A stretch of 64,000 bases of DNA from an uncultured Chloroflexia bacterium (GTDB lineage: Bacteria > Chloroflexota > Limnocylindria > Limnocylindrales > CSP1-4), in the NCBI GenBank assembly GCA_963828165.1, contig CAWHDR010000001.1:960001-1024000 (forward strand), written 5' to 3'. The notes beneath the pieces were generated by a model. That model saw only the letters and a list, made by a program, of their open reading frames with translations, searched no databases and was not told the DNA's origin. Positions 47,399-61,134 of this stretch are shown here, piece after piece. Each line of letters starts with the position of its first letter. Position 1 is the stretch's first letter. A program made the position numbers and the translations under genes.

Positions 47399-48664
47399 GT
47401 GGCCAGCATCCTTCTCTCGACACTCGAGATCCGGCTCGAAGGTCAGGCATCCAAGCGTGGGCTCATCCCGCGGATGCCCGACGGTGAGCGCCTGCTCGCG
47501 GACGCGGCCGTATGGCTGCGCGCGGAGTACCCCGACCAGGTTCGGTCGACGCGTCAGCGGACGAATCCGTCCGGCGAGGCGGAGCTGCACGTCGGGCTCC
47601 ACCCGGCGACGCCCGCGCTGTACCTCTCGGCGGGCGACTCCGGCAATGTCCGTGCCATCGCGGAGACGGTTTCCGGCGGGCCTGGCTATCACCGCTTCGT
47701 AGGTCGCGTCCTGGAACGCCTTGGTTTGGAGCTCGCCATCGGCTGGGACGAGACGACCGCCGGCATCGCGTTCGCGGAACGTCCGGACGTCGAACGCGCC
47801 TATCTCGGTTGGCTCGGCCCGACCCTGGCGGCCGTGCGCAACGCGCGCCAACGAAGCAGTGCCGGCGTGCAGGTGGGGACGCCACCTGGCACGCGCTACA
47901 CGTTCGAGGGTGCCATTGCGACGCCCCTGGGTCCACGCGACGACGCCTGGCTCGAGTCCGCCGTCGCCGATCCGCGCGTCGCGATCGAGATCACGCCGTG
48001 GTGGCTGGATGCGACGGACGGGCGCTACCTGCTGAATCGGGCGCTGGCCTTGATGTGGCTCGAGGTGCGCTGGCGCAAGCCGGCGGTCGAGGGAGAGGCT
48101 GAGCGCCTCGAGGATGTGCATCGGCTGTTGTCGAAGTCGTTCCCGCTCGAGCCCGGCCTGCCGTACCCGTGGCACGCGTGGGCAGAGCTCGTGTCGTTCG
48201 GGGGGTTCGAAGACGGGATGACGCGCCAGGTCCATTCGCGTTCCAAGCTCGAACCGCCTGAGGCGCCGATCGGCTATCGCCGGGATCCGGTGTCGATCAG
48301 CCACGAGGGCTGGGCGCTGGAGATCCCGGGCGAATTCGCCGAGCGCCGGACCGAGGAGGAATGGTGGGGCGGCGGCGCCGGACGAAGCGTCACGGTGGCC
48401 GCGACCGACACCGGGTCGATGGCCGCGCAGGCCTTCCTGGCCCAGGTCGCGGGCGATCTCGGCGCCGAGGCACTGACGCACCAGGCCGGGCCTGTCGTCG
48501 GACGGGCCCGGATCAATACCGACGAGTCGTCCGGCGTGGCCGTGGGCGTGCTCGACGGCTACTCGGCGATCAACGGCTCAGGCGCCGCGATCCGCATCGT
48601 CTTCGACGATCCGAACGACTGGCAGTGGGCCATGGACATGTGGCGGTCGCTCGCCCCGGGCTGA
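47399..48664 (+). CDS. Hypothetical protein
   Basis: 421-aa ORF with normal composition and GGAGG before the GTG; antisense between sufS and sufU. Confidence 0.7.
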   Translation: MASILLSTLEIRLEGQASKRGLIPRMPDGERLLADAAVWLRAEYPDQVRSTRQRTNPSGEAELHVGLHPATPALYLSAGDSGNVRAIAETVSGGPGYHRFVGRVLERLGLELAIGWDETTAGIAFAERPDVERAYLGWLGPTLAAVRNARQRSSAGVQVGTPPGTRYTFEGAIATPLGPRDDAWLESAVADPRVAIEITPWWLDATDGRYLLNRALALMWLEVRWRKPAVEGEAERLEDVHRLLSKSFPLEPGLPYPWHAWAELVSFGGFEDGMTRQVHSRSKLEPPEAPIGYRRDPVSISHEGWALEIPGEFAERRTEEEWWGGGAGRSVTVAATDTGSMAAQAFLAQVAGDLGAEALTHQAGPVVGRARINTDESSGVAVGVLDGYSAINGSGAAIRIVFDDPNDWQWAMDMWRSLAPG

Positions 48665-48710
48665 GCGCGGGCAACATCGCGTCGCCAATGCCCGAGCCGT
48701 AGGGGCCGCC

Positions 48711-49991
48711 TCAGCCGTTGAAGACGCGCTGGACTTCCTTGAGGCCTGCGACGAGGGCGTCGATGTCGGCCGTCGTGGTGTAGACGCTGAACGACGCGCG
48801 GGCCGTCGCCGCCAGATCCAGGCGCTCGTGGAGGGGCATCGTGCAGTGGTGGCCGGCCCGGACCGCAACGCCGGAGCGGTCCAGCACCTGGGCCACGTCG
48901 TGGGGATGGATGCCTGGCAAGTTGAACGGCACGACGCCGCCTCGCAGATCGGGGTCCAGCGGGCCGTACAGCTCGATCCCGGGGATCTCGCGCGGGAGGA
49001 CGTCCAGCGCGTAGGCCACGAGCTCGCGTTCGTGAGCACGAACCCCGTCCATGCCGAGGTCCATCAGGTACCCGGCAGCCACTCCGAGCCCGATCGCGTC
49101 GCCGACGGCCGGGGTCCCTGCCTCGAACTTCCACGGGATCTCGTTGAACTCGCTGCGTCGCAGGTGGACCTCGCGGATCATCTCGCCGCCGGCGAGGAAC
49201 GGCGGCATCGACTCGAGCAGCTCGCGTCGCGCCCAGAGGGCACCCGAACCCATCGGGCCGAGCATCTTGTGGCCGGAGAAGGCGTAGAAGTCGCAGCCGA
49301 TCTCCTGGACGTCGACCGGGACGTGCGGCACGGCCTGAGCCCCGTCCACGAGCACCAGCGCCCCTGCCGCGTGCGCCATCTCGGTCAGCTCGCGGACCGG
49401 GTTGATCGTGCCGAGCGTGTTGCTGACATGCGTGAACGCGACGAGCTTCGGCTTGAGCCGGAGCAGCACCTCGAACACGTCGAGGCGGAGGATGCCGTCG
49501 TCGGTGATCGGGATGAACTCGAGGTCGCCGTCCTGCTCCTGGACGAGCAGTTGCCACGGAACGAGGTTCGCGTGGTGCTCCATCTCGGTCAGGATGATCT
49601 GATCGCCCCGCGCGATATTGCGGCGACCCCACGAGTACGCGACGAGGTTGATCGCCTCGGTGGCGTTACGCGTGAACACGACCTCGTGGCTGTCTGGCGC
49701 GTTGATGAATCGGGCGGTCTTGACCCGGGCCGCCTCGTACGCCGCGGTCGCCTTCTCGCCGATCGTGTAGATCCCGCGGTGGACGTTGGCGTTGTACTCG
49801 CGGTAGTAGTCGGCCACGGAGTCGATCACGACGCGCGGCTTCTGGCTCGTCGACGCCGAGTCGAGGTAGACCAACGGATGGCCGTGGATCACCTGCTCGA
49901 GGATCGGGAAGTCGCCCCGGAGCGCGGCGGGGTCCAAGCGCGATGACGAGGTGGCGGCGGGGAGCTCGGTCGGCGTCGTCTCGACGGCCAT
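48711..49991 (-). CDS. sufS: Cysteine desulfurase
   Basis: 'YLDSASTSQKP', 'ANVHRG', 'SGHKM', 'RAGHHC'. Confidence 0.95.
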   Translation of the reverse strand: MAVETTPTELPAATSSSRLDPAALRGDFPILEQVIHGHPLVYLDSASTSQKPRVVIDSVADYYREYNANVHRGIYTIGEKATAAYEAARVKTARFINAPDSHEVVFTRNATEAINLVAYSWGRRNIARGDQIILTEMEHHANLVPWQLLVQEQDGDLEFIPITDDGILRLDVFEVLLRLKPKLVAFTHVSNTLGTINPVRELTEMAHAAGALVLVDGAQAVPHVPVDVQEIGCDFYAFSGHKMLGPMGSGALWARRELLESMPPFLAGGEMIREVHLRRSEFNEIPWKFEAGTPAVGDAIGLGVAAGYLMDLGMDGVRAHERELVAYALDVLPREIPGIELYGPLDPDLRGGVVPFNLPGIHPHDVAQVLDRSGVAVRAGHHCTMPLHERLDLAATARASFSVYTTTADIDALVAGLKEVQRVFNG

Positions 49992-50006
49992 CGGCAGCGG
50001 CCCGCC

Positions 50007-50927
50007 TCAGCGGGCGGCCTCCACGGGCTGGCGGTCGGCTTCAGTCTCGTGATCGAGCTCGGGGCCCTTCGGTACGAGCAGGGCGTGGTCGGGGACGTCG
50101 ATCGCGAGCCCGGCTTCGCGCAAGATCGGGCCGTAGCCCTCTTCCTCGAGACGCAAGGCGAGGTCCTTGCGGCCGCTCTTGACGATGCGCCCCTCGGCCA
50201 GCACGTGGACGTAGTCCGGCTTGATGTAGTTGAGCAGGCGCTGGTAGTGCGTGATCAGGAGCACGCCAAGGTCCGGATTGAGCATCGAATTCACGCCCTC
50301 GGCGACGATTCGCAGCGCGTCGATGTCGAGGCCCGAGTCCGTCTCGTCGAGGATCGCCATCTCGGGCTCGAGCACGGCCATCTGGAGCATCTCGAGGCGC
50401 TTCTTCTCGCCGCCCGAGAAGCCCTCATTGACGTAGCGGGTGGCGAAGCCTTCGTCCATTCGCAGCAGCGCCATCTTCTCGCGCATCTTGTTACGGAAGT
50501 CGCGCATGGAGACCCCACCCTTGACCGTATCGGTCGGGTCGATGTCGGGGTCCTTGTCGATGCCCTGCAGCTTCGCGTTGAGCGCGCTTCGGATGAAGGA
50601 TGCGACGCTCAGGCCGGGGATGGCCGTGGGGTACTGGAAAGCGAGGAACAGACCGAGGCGCGACCGCTTGTCCGGAGAAAGCTTGAGGAGGTCGCGGCCC
50701 TTCCACAGAACCTCGCCGCTCTTCACGAGGTACGCGGGGTGGCCCATCAACGCGTAGGCGAGCGTCGTCTTGCCCGACCCGTTGGGGCCCATGATCGCGT
50801 GGACCTCGCCCTTCTTCACGGTCAGGTCGATGCCCTGGAGGATGTCCTGCTCGGGCTTCGCAGCGGGGGCGACCCGCAGATCGCGGATGACGAGGTCGTT
50901 GTCGGTCGGCTTGGTCTGGGCGGTCAC
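50007..50927 (-). CDS. sufC: Fe-S assembly ATPase
   Basis: 'MGPNGSGK', 'FQYP', 'NEGFSGGEKKR', 'LDETDSGLDID'. Confidence 0.95.
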   Translation of the reverse strand: MTAQTKPTDNDLVIRDLRVAPAAKPEQDILQGIDLTVKKGEVHAIMGPNGSGKTTLAYALMGHPAYLVKSGEVLWKGRDLLKLSPDKRSRLGLFLAFQYPTAIPGLSVASFIRSALNAKLQGIDKDPDIDPTDTVKGGVSMRDFRNKMREKMALLRMDEGFATRYVNEGFSGGEKKRLEMLQMAVLEPEMAILDETDSGLDIDALRIVAEGVNSMLNPDLGVLLITHYQRLLNYIKPDYVHVLAEGRIVKSGRKDLALRLEEEGYGPILREAGLAIDVPDHALLVPKGPELDHETEADRQPVEAAR

Positions 50928-51448
50928 GATGGCGTCAGCGCTCCTTGGGTTTCGGTGGGGGCGTCGGGAGCGGCGGTCGCGAGCTCCGGCGCAAGATCGG
51001 CGAGGGTCATCGATTCGAGCGTCGAGGTGATGGCGTCGCGGACACGGACCCACAGCAGGTTGACCGTGCAGCGAGAAGATCGATCGCACACGAGCGCATG
51101 CTCGGGGTCGTCCGTGGCGCAGAACATCGGGGCGATCGGACCCTCGAGGGCGCGCAGGACGGCGCTCATGGTGATCGCCTCCGGTGGGCGCGAGAGCTCG
51201 TAGCCACCGTGCGCGCCGCGCGTACTGACCACCAGGCCCGCCTCGCGCAGGCTGACGACCAGCTGCTCGAGGTAGGCCCGCGGCAGGTCCTCCTCGGCGG
51301 CGATGCCGGCGAGGCTGGCCGGGCCCGTCCCGTAATGGCGGGCGAGCTGGACCATCAGGCGCACGCCGTACTCGCCCTTGGTCGAGAACGAGACCGCGCC
51401 GGAGCCGTGGTAGGCAGGGCGCAGGACGGTGGTGCTGATCGGGTTCAG
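50924..51448 (-). CDS. Rrf2 family regulator (IscR/SufR-like), probable CTG start
   Basis: 'STKGEYG', 'YLEQL', 'RGAHGGY', three C-terminal Cys; GAGGGG 7 nt before the CTG. Confidence 0.85.
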   Translation of the reverse strand: MNPISTTVLRPAYHGSGAVSFSTKGEYGVRLMVQLARHYGTGPASLAGIAAEEDLPRAYLEQLVVSLREAGLVVSTRGAHGGYELSRPPEAITMSAVLRALEGPIAPMFCATDDPEHALVCDRSSRCTVNLLWVRVRDAITSTLESMTLADLAPELATAAPDAPTETQGALTPS

Positions 51449-51462
51449 GTTGGGTCCCCTCG

Positions 51463-51487
51463 ATATCCGAGTGAATTCGTCGGGATT
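51463..51487. promoter_or_regulatory. Rrf2/IscR-type operator
   Basis: ATATCCGAGTGAATTCGTCGGGATT imperfect palindrome resembling the IscR type-1 consensus; adjacent minus-strand TAGACT at 51489-51494. Confidence 0.65.
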
Positions 51488-51539
51488 GAGTCTAGGGCGG
51501 CGGGCGGAGAGCGTCAACGCGGCCGGGGCTCAGGATGGT

Positions 51540-53444
51540 TCAGGCCAAGGTTCCGACCGGATGGCGGGCCTTCAGGCGTCGCGCCAATTCGGCGGCCTGC
51601 TCGTAGCGCCCGAATGAGGGCATGACGTAGGTGCCCGCGACGCGGTCCCCGACGGCGTCGAGCAGTTCCTCGGTGATGCGCAGGCCGATCTCCGCGCCGT
51701 GCTCGCCGGCCTCGCGGAGGACGGCCCGGGTGGCATCCGGGATCGTGATGCCTGGGACCTCGTTGTGGAGGAACTCGGCGTGGCGGGTCGACTGGAGGGG
51801 CAGCACGCCGAGCAGGAGCGGAATCGGGAAGCCGTCGGCCCCGAAGCGGCGGCGCGACTCGTCGAACATCGCCTCGACCTGTTCGATCGAAAAGAGCGGC
51901 TGGGTCATGATCAGGTGGGCCCCGGCCGCGATCTTGCGCTCCAGCCGATCCCATTCCGTGGCCGCGTCGGCGGCCGTCGGGTCGAGCGCGCACGCGATCG
52001 TGAACCCGGCCTGCTGCCCGATCGGCGAACCCGCCGCATCCTCACCGCGGTTGAGGCGGGCCAGGATCTCGACCAGCCCGATCGAGTCGACGTCCCACAC
52101 CCCGGTCGCGCCCGGCAGGTCGCCGATCCGCGGCGGGTCCCCGGTCAGGGCCAGGATGTCGCGGACGCCGAGGGCGTGGGCGCCGAGCAGCTCGGACTCG
52201 AGCGCCATGAGGTTGCGGTCGCGCGTGGTGACGTGGACGACGCACTCGAGGTCGAGGTCGTGCTGGATCCCGAACGCCACGGCGAGCGCGCCCATCCGGA
52301 CCCTGGCCATCGCCGAGTCGCTGATGTTGACCACATCGACGCCGGAAGCCTGAAGGAGCCGGGCGGCCTCGATCGTGCGCTCGATGCGGACCGAACGTGG
52401 TGGATCGATCTCGACCGAGATGACGTAGCGACCTTCGGCGAGGGCGCGAGCCAGCCCAGTGGATGGCGGCGGCCCGTCGGCGGCAGCAGCGACTTCGGAC
52501 CGGATCGACGTGATCGCCGCGGGCGCTGCGGGCGCGGCCGCGGCGACGACCCCGTCCCCGGCGTGCGCATCGATCGCGCTCCGCATCGCCGCGATGTGCT
52601 CCGGCGTCGTGCCGCAGCACCCCCCGACGATCAACGCGCCCGCATCGAGCATGTCACCGACCATCCGTCCGAAGTAGTCAGGTCCGGCCGCGTAGACGAA
52701 CTGGCCCTCCACGCGCTGCGGCAGGCCGGCGTTCGGCAGGATGGCCCGGCCGGGCGCGCCCATCGCCGCGAGCGCATCCAGGCAGCCCACCGGCCCAGCA
52801 CCGCAGTTGACCCCGACGACATCGATGTCGGCGACGCCGGCCAAGGACGCCGCAGCGACACCGGGCGCGGTCCCGTCCGCGAGCGCGAGGTCCTCGCCGA
52901 ACGTCAGCAGGGCCACGATCGGCAGGTCGGCCGCAGCGGCCCGCGCCTCTTCGACCGCGATCCCCAGGTGGTCGATGAGCGCGAAGGTTTCGAACCAGAA
53001 CAGGTCGGCACCGCCTTCGAGGAGCCCGTCGACGGTCTCCCGAATGGCGCTCCGGATGGCCCCCTCGTCGAGGTGCAGGATCTCGCGCGTCGGCGCGCCG
53101 AGCGGTCCGATGGACCCGGCCACGAGCACGTCCCGGCCCGAGACGTCGCGGGCCTCGCGCGCGATCTGGGCGCCACGCCGTGCGAACCGACCCGCCTGCT
53201 CGCCCAGTCCATAGGGCGCGAGTCGGATGCGGTTCGCCCCGAAGGTTGAGGTCTCGATGATGTCCGCGCCGGCGGCCAGGTACTCGCGATGGATCGCCCC
53301 GATGAGCTCGGGCCGGGTCGCGACGAGCTCGTCCAGCACGGCGCGCTGCGGGATCCCGCGGGAGAACAGCAGCGTGCCCATCGCCCCGTCTGCCAGCAGC
53401 GGGCCGGCAGCCAGGCGCTCACGGAATCGGTCGCGGTCCCCCAC
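51540..53444 (-). CDS. Bifunctional homocysteine S-methyltransferase/5,10-methylene-THF reductase (YitJ-like)
   Basis: 'DGAMGT', 'GVNC', 'GGCCGTTP' then 'VEIDPP', 'RDRN', 'ALTGDPP'. Confidence 0.9.
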   Translation of the reverse strand: MGDRDRFRERLAAGPLLADGAMGTLLFSRGIPQRAVLDELVATRPELIGAIHREYLAAGADIIETSTFGANRIRLAPYGLGEQAGRFARRGAQIAREARDVSGRDVLVAGSIGPLGAPTREILHLDEGAIRSAIRETVDGLLEGGADLFWFETFALIDHLGIAVEEARAAAADLPIVALLTFGEDLALADGTAPGVAAASLAGVADIDVVGVNCGAGPVGCLDALAAMGAPGRAILPNAGLPQRVEGQFVYAAGPDYFGRMVGDMLDAGALIVGGCCGTTPEHIAAMRSAIDAHAGDGVVAAAAPAAPAAITSIRSEVAAAADGPPPSTGLARALAEGRYVISVEIDPPRSVRIERTIEAARLLQASGVDVVNISDSAMARVRMGALAVAFGIQHDLDLECVVHVTTRDRNLMALESELLGAHALGVRDILALTGDPPRIGDLPGATGVWDVDSIGLVEILARLNRGEDAAGSPIGQQAGFTIACALDPTAADAATEWDRLERKIAAGAHLIMTQPLFSIEQVEAMFDESRRRFGADGFPIPLLLGVLPLQSTRHAEFLHNEVPGITIPDATRAVLREAGEHGAEIGLRITEELLDAVGDRVAGTYVMPSFGRYEQAAELARRLKARHPVGTLA

Positions 53445-53447
53445 CGG

Positions 53448-57188
<3,741 letters not shown>

Positions 57189-57309
57189 CGCAGCGTTGGC
57201 GTCCGATCGGTCATGTTCGGTCTCCGATTCGCAGGTCTCGACGCTGGACGGCACCAGCGGTGCGGACTCGGACGACCTGATCGGAACGAGGGTCTCCGGA
57301 GGGAGTGTC

Positions 57310-57416
57310 CCTTATCTCGCAGGAGGCACCTGCCCGGACTTGGCACCTTGCCGACGTCGCGTCGGTAGGTTGTCGTGGCTTCAACGGGCCGGTCCCTCCG
57401 CCACTCGTGATAAAAG
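57310..57416 (-). ncRNA. SAM-I (S-box) riboswitch
   Basis: Minus strand TTATCACGAGTGGCGGAGGGACCGGCCCGTTGAAGCCACGACAACC...AAGGTGCCAAGTCC...GAGATAAG directly upstream of metH. Confidence 0.92.
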
Positions 57417-57526
57417 CCCTCTTCGGTTGTGAGGCGATGATGAACCATCAAAGTCCGGTCCGGCAACCGTACGAGGGTCCGGGGGCCACCTACACGCGAT
57501 GTGCGGTCATGCCGCACGATGGCCCG

Positions 57527-58723
57527 ATGCGGATCCTCGTCTCCAGCACGCCCGGTCTCGGTCATCTGCTGCCGATGCTGCCGCTCGCGCGGGCCGCCCG
57601 AGAACGTGGCCACCAGGTCGTGATCGCCAGCGGCAGTGCACTCGCGGATGTCGCGGCCGCCGCGGGATTTCCGCACGAAGCCATGGGTCCGGCCACGATC
57701 GGAGCGGTCGTGGACGATATCCCCGAGCTGGTCGGACTGACCGGGCGACGGCGTGCCGTCGTCACCCTCCGGCGCGCCTTCTGCGAGACCATCGCTCCAG
57801 CGATGGCAGACGGCGTATCCGAACTGGCCGAGCGTTGGCGACCGGACGTCATCGTCCACGAGGATCGGGAACTGGGCTCGTGGGTGGCTGCGGACCGGCT
57901 GGGCATCCCGCACGTCACCGTGCAGGCGACTGCCTGGCGCCCGCGGATGACCGACATCGGCGACGAACCGCTCAACGCTCTGCGCGAGCGCTACGGTCTG
58001 GCCCGCGACGATGGACTCGCGGGCCTCTACGGCCGGCTCTTTCTGACGACACGGCCTCGGTCGCTGCGCGAGGGCGATGCGCCGCTGCCCGAGACGACCG
58101 CCGAGCTCCGGCCGATCGCCGATGACCGACTCACAGCCACCACCGCGCCGGACGAGGACCCGTTCCCGCCCCGCGATGGGCGGTCTCGTGTCGCGATCAC
58201 GCTTGGCACCGTGAACTACGACCAGGTCGCGGTCCTGCGGGCCCTCATCGATGGCGCGGTCGCGGCCGGCGCGCACGTCGTCGTCGCGCTTGGCGCGGAC
58301 CCCGCGTCACTGGGCGCGGTCCCTGATGGCGTTTCGGTCCACGCCTATGTGCCGATGTCCCTACTGCTCCCGGCTGCGGACGTCGTCGCGTTCCACGGCG
58401 GCTCTGGGACGATGCTCGCCGCGTTGGCGGCAGGCACGCCGATGATCATCGTGCCGTTCGCAGCGGACCAGCCGGACAACGCCGACCGATGCCTCGCCGC
58501 GGGCGTGGCCCGCGTGCTCACGCCCGTGAGCCTGGACGCCAGAGCCGTGACCGCCGCGGTCGAAGCCATCGTGTCCGGCCCCGACTATGGGCGTCGCGCG
58601 CGTGAGGTCGCCGACGAGGTCGCGGCCATGCCGGGCCCGGACGTCGCCGTCGATCGGATCGAAACGATCGTGGGCTCGGCGGCGCGGCGATCGCCCGACG
58701 ACGTACCCTCGCCACGTGACTGA
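57527..58723 (+). CDS. Glycosyltransferase family 1 (MGT/EryCIII-like)
   Basis: 'PGLGHLLP', 'TLGT', 'HGGSGT', 'ADQ'. Confidence 0.88.
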   Translation: MRILVSSTPGLGHLLPMLPLARAARERGHQVVIASGSALADVAAAAGFPHEAMGPATIGAVVDDIPELVGLTGRRRAVVTLRRAFCETIAPAMADGVSELAERWRPDVIVHEDRELGSWVAADRLGIPHVTVQATAWRPRMTDIGDEPLNALRERYGLARDDGLAGLYGRLFLTTRPRSLREGDAPLPETTAELRPIADDRLTATTAPDEDPFPPRDGRSRVAITLGTVNYDQVAVLRALIDGAVAAGAHVVVALGADPASLGAVPDGVSVHAYVPMSLLLPAADVVAFHGGSGTMLAALAAGTPMIIVPFAADQPDNADRCLAAGVARVLTPVSLDARAVTAAVEAIVSGPDYGRRAREVADEVAAMPGPDVAVDRIETIVGSAARRSPDDVPSPRD

Positions 58724-59195
58724 CGAGACAGCGAGCCAGCGACCAGCCCGCCTCGAGCGGTTCTCGACCGGATTCGCAGCCGTCGCCGATGCCCTGGACG
58801 GCGCCGACGACGAGAGCCTCGACCGCCGCGGCCCGTCGGGTGAATGGTCGGCGCGCGAGATCGCGCACCACCTCGCGGACAGCGAGTCGATGGCCTACGT
58901 CCGACTGCGCCGGCTGATCGCCGAGGACGAGCCGGTCATCGCCGGTTACGACGAACCGGAGTGGGCACGCCGGCTCCATTACGAGCGACCGATCGAGACA
59001 TCGCTCGAAGTCCTCCAGGCCGTCCGCGGCGCAAGCCAGCAGCTCCTCATGACCCTGACGCCCGACGAATGGGGTCGCCGAGGCAGACACAGCGACTCCG
59101 GCGAGTACTCGGTGGACGACTGGCTCAGGATCTATTCCGAGCACTCGCACGACCACGCCGACCAGATCCGGCGGGCCCGGCGGGGCGAGGACTGA
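58716..59195 (+). CDS. DinB family protein
   Basis: 'WSAREIAHHLADSE', 'HSHDHADQI'; TACCCT-N6-GTG. Confidence 0.88.
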   Translation: MTDETASQRPARLERFSTGFAAVADALDGADDESLDRRGPSGEWSAREIAHHLADSESMAYVRLRRLIAEDEPVIAGYDEPEWARRLHYERPIETSLEVLQAVRGASQQLLMTLTPDEWGRRGRHSDSGEYSVDDWLRIYSEHSHDHADQIRRARRGED

Positions 59196-59227
59196 CGATG
59201 CCGAGCCGCGACCGAAGCGCCCGGCGG

Positions 59228-60652
59228 CTAGGACCCCCGGCCGACCGCGGGTGCGCTCGTCGGACCGACGCCCGATCGTGCCGGCTCCCGCAGGTCTGCT
59301 GCGCCTTCGCCGAAGGCACGTCCCAGTGCCAGGACCACGACGGCACCCGTCACGAGGCCCGCCGCCTCGATCAACGGGAGGTCGAAGAACGCGCCGCCCG
59401 CGCCGAGGCCCTCGGCCATCCAGAGCAGGCCGGCGACCGCGCTTCCGATGGCGGCCACCCGGCCGGTCCGAGCCAGCCAGCGGGGCGCGGCAACGGCGCT
59501 CAAGAAGGCCGTCGCGCAGAGCACCGCCGCGGGAGCGCCGATGGTCATGTACGTGAACGGTTCGATGCCGGCGATGCCCAGGGCGACCTGCCCCAGCACC
59601 ACGGCCACGCCGCCCAGTCCAACAAGGGCGGTCCAGGTGCTCGCGCCCGGCCGCGACCGCGGTTCCAGGGCCACGGCGATCGCGGCCAGCGGCACGAACA
59701 CGACGGCGAGCCAGGTGAGCGGGACGGTGGGCTCGGCCAGCGGTGAGAGCGGTGGACACGCATCGAAGCAATCGAAGATGCCCGGCGGCCATCGGCCGAG
59801 GAGCACGGTCGGGACGAAGAGGACCGCGCCCAAACCCGCCCAGACCGCGGCCGACGTAGGGCGCCGACCGCCTGAGGACGGCGAGACATCCCGATCGCCG
59901 GCTTCGGTCGGGGCCCCGGTCCGGGACGCCAGCCCATCGGCACGCGGCCCCGAACGTGGTGCCCGCAGGCCCATCGCCGTGGCCCCGATCCCCAGGATCA
60001 GGTGGTTCCATGATGGCGGCGCCGACAGGGCCAGCACCACATCCAGCGACGCCGCGAGCGACCCGACCCCGAACAGGACGAGCAGCCAGCCCGATCCATA
60101 CCACCACGCCGTCATCGCCACCGCGACGCCGACAAGCGTTGGCACGGCAACCAGGAGGATCGACGGCAGGGCGGCATCTCGGATGGACAGGTACGGCGCC
60201 ACCAGGGTGATCACGGTGAATCCGAAGAGGGCGGCCGCCGCCAGGCGATGCCCACCGGTCTGCGGAGGAGCCTCGGAGTCGGCCGGCGAGTGGGTCGCGA
60301 TCGCCCCGAGAAGCGCGACCGTGGCGAGCCCGCCGACGATCACGGCAGGGATCACCGAGCCGAGCGACCCGAACGGTCCCATCGTCGCGCTCAACGCGCT
60401 CGCCGCAGTGCCGACGATCAGCGCGACATCTGCGACGACGAGCATCGCCCGACCGCCGGGCCGGCCCGTACCGACGAACGCCATCCCGAGTGCCAGACCC
60501 ACCAATGCGACGCTGAACGACGACGCGAGACTCGTTCCGACGAACCTCGAAGCGGGAGCCAGGTCGATGACCGCCGCCGCGACCGCCACCGCGAACAGCA
60601 GCCCGTGGACGATCCGCAGGCGGTCCCACCGCCGTTCGCCCGGAGGCGTCAA
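59228..60652 (-). CDS. Polytopic membrane protein of unknown function
   Basis: Many hydrophobic segments; TTG start overlaps the upstream TGA. Confidence 0.65.
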   Translation of the reverse strand: MTPPGERRWDRLRIVHGLLFAVAVAAAVIDLAPASRFVGTSLASSFSVALVGLALGMAFVGTGRPGGRAMLVVADVALIVGTAASALSATMGPFGSLGSVIPAVIVGGLATVALLGAIATHSPADSEAPPQTGGHRLAAAALFGFTVITLVAPYLSIRDAALPSILLVAVPTLVGVAVAMTAWWYGSGWLLVLFGVGSLAASLDVVLALSAPPSWNHLILGIGATAMGLRAPRSGPRADGLASRTGAPTEAGDRDVSPSSGGRRPTSAAVWAGLGAVLFVPTVLLGRWPPGIFDCFDACPPLSPLAEPTVPLTWLAVVFVPLAAIAVALEPRSRPGASTWTALVGLGGVAVVLGQVALGIAGIEPFTYMTIGAPAAVLCATAFLSAVAAPRWLARTGRVAAIGSAVAGLLWMAEGLGAGGAFFDLPLIEAAGLVTGAVVVLALGRAFGEGAADLREPARSGVGPTSAPAVGRGS

Positions 60653-61134
60653 CCGGAGCCCACCGTTCCGGGCGGGGCGACGCCGCCCACCAAGCCTGCG
60701 ATGTGCTCCTCGTCGTGATCGATCGCGAGGCGCAGTAGCCCGGCCACGTCGAGCCGCCCGTAGGTCGCATGTACGCCGGTCCTGGTCCAGGCAGCGTCGT
60801 CGAAGATCCGTAAGAGATCGACCGTGCTCGCCCGCAGGCGGCCGAACAGCCCGAGGACATGATCCAGCGATGCATCGTCGAAGCCGGGGAGCGGGCCAGG
60901 TTCGGTCCACGACCACTTCGGCTCGCCGCCGGCGACCAGCGTGGCCAGGCGGGACAACCAGACCTCGCCCTCGACCGCCATGAGGTGGCGCACGACCTGG
61001 GCGGGGGTCCACTCCCCGGCGGGCACCGGTCGTCCTTCGGCAGCGCGGGCGGCGTCGGCGAGCCGGGTCGGGAAGGATGCGAAGCGCTCGACGAGCTCGG
61101 CCCGGCCCTCAGGCACGGCGCCCGTAGCCTCCAT
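60649..61134 (-). CDS. DinB family protein
   Basis: 'WTPAQVVRHL', 'HATYG', 'DHDEEH'. Confidence 0.85.
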   Translation of the reverse strand: MEATGAVPEGRAELVERFASFPTRLADAARAAEGRPVPAGEWTPAQVVRHLMAVEGEVWLSRLATLVAGGEPKWSWTEPGPLPGFDDASLDHVLGLFGRLRASTVDLLRIFDDAAWTRTGVHATYGRLDVAGLLRLAIDHDEEHIAGLVGGVAPPGTVGSG

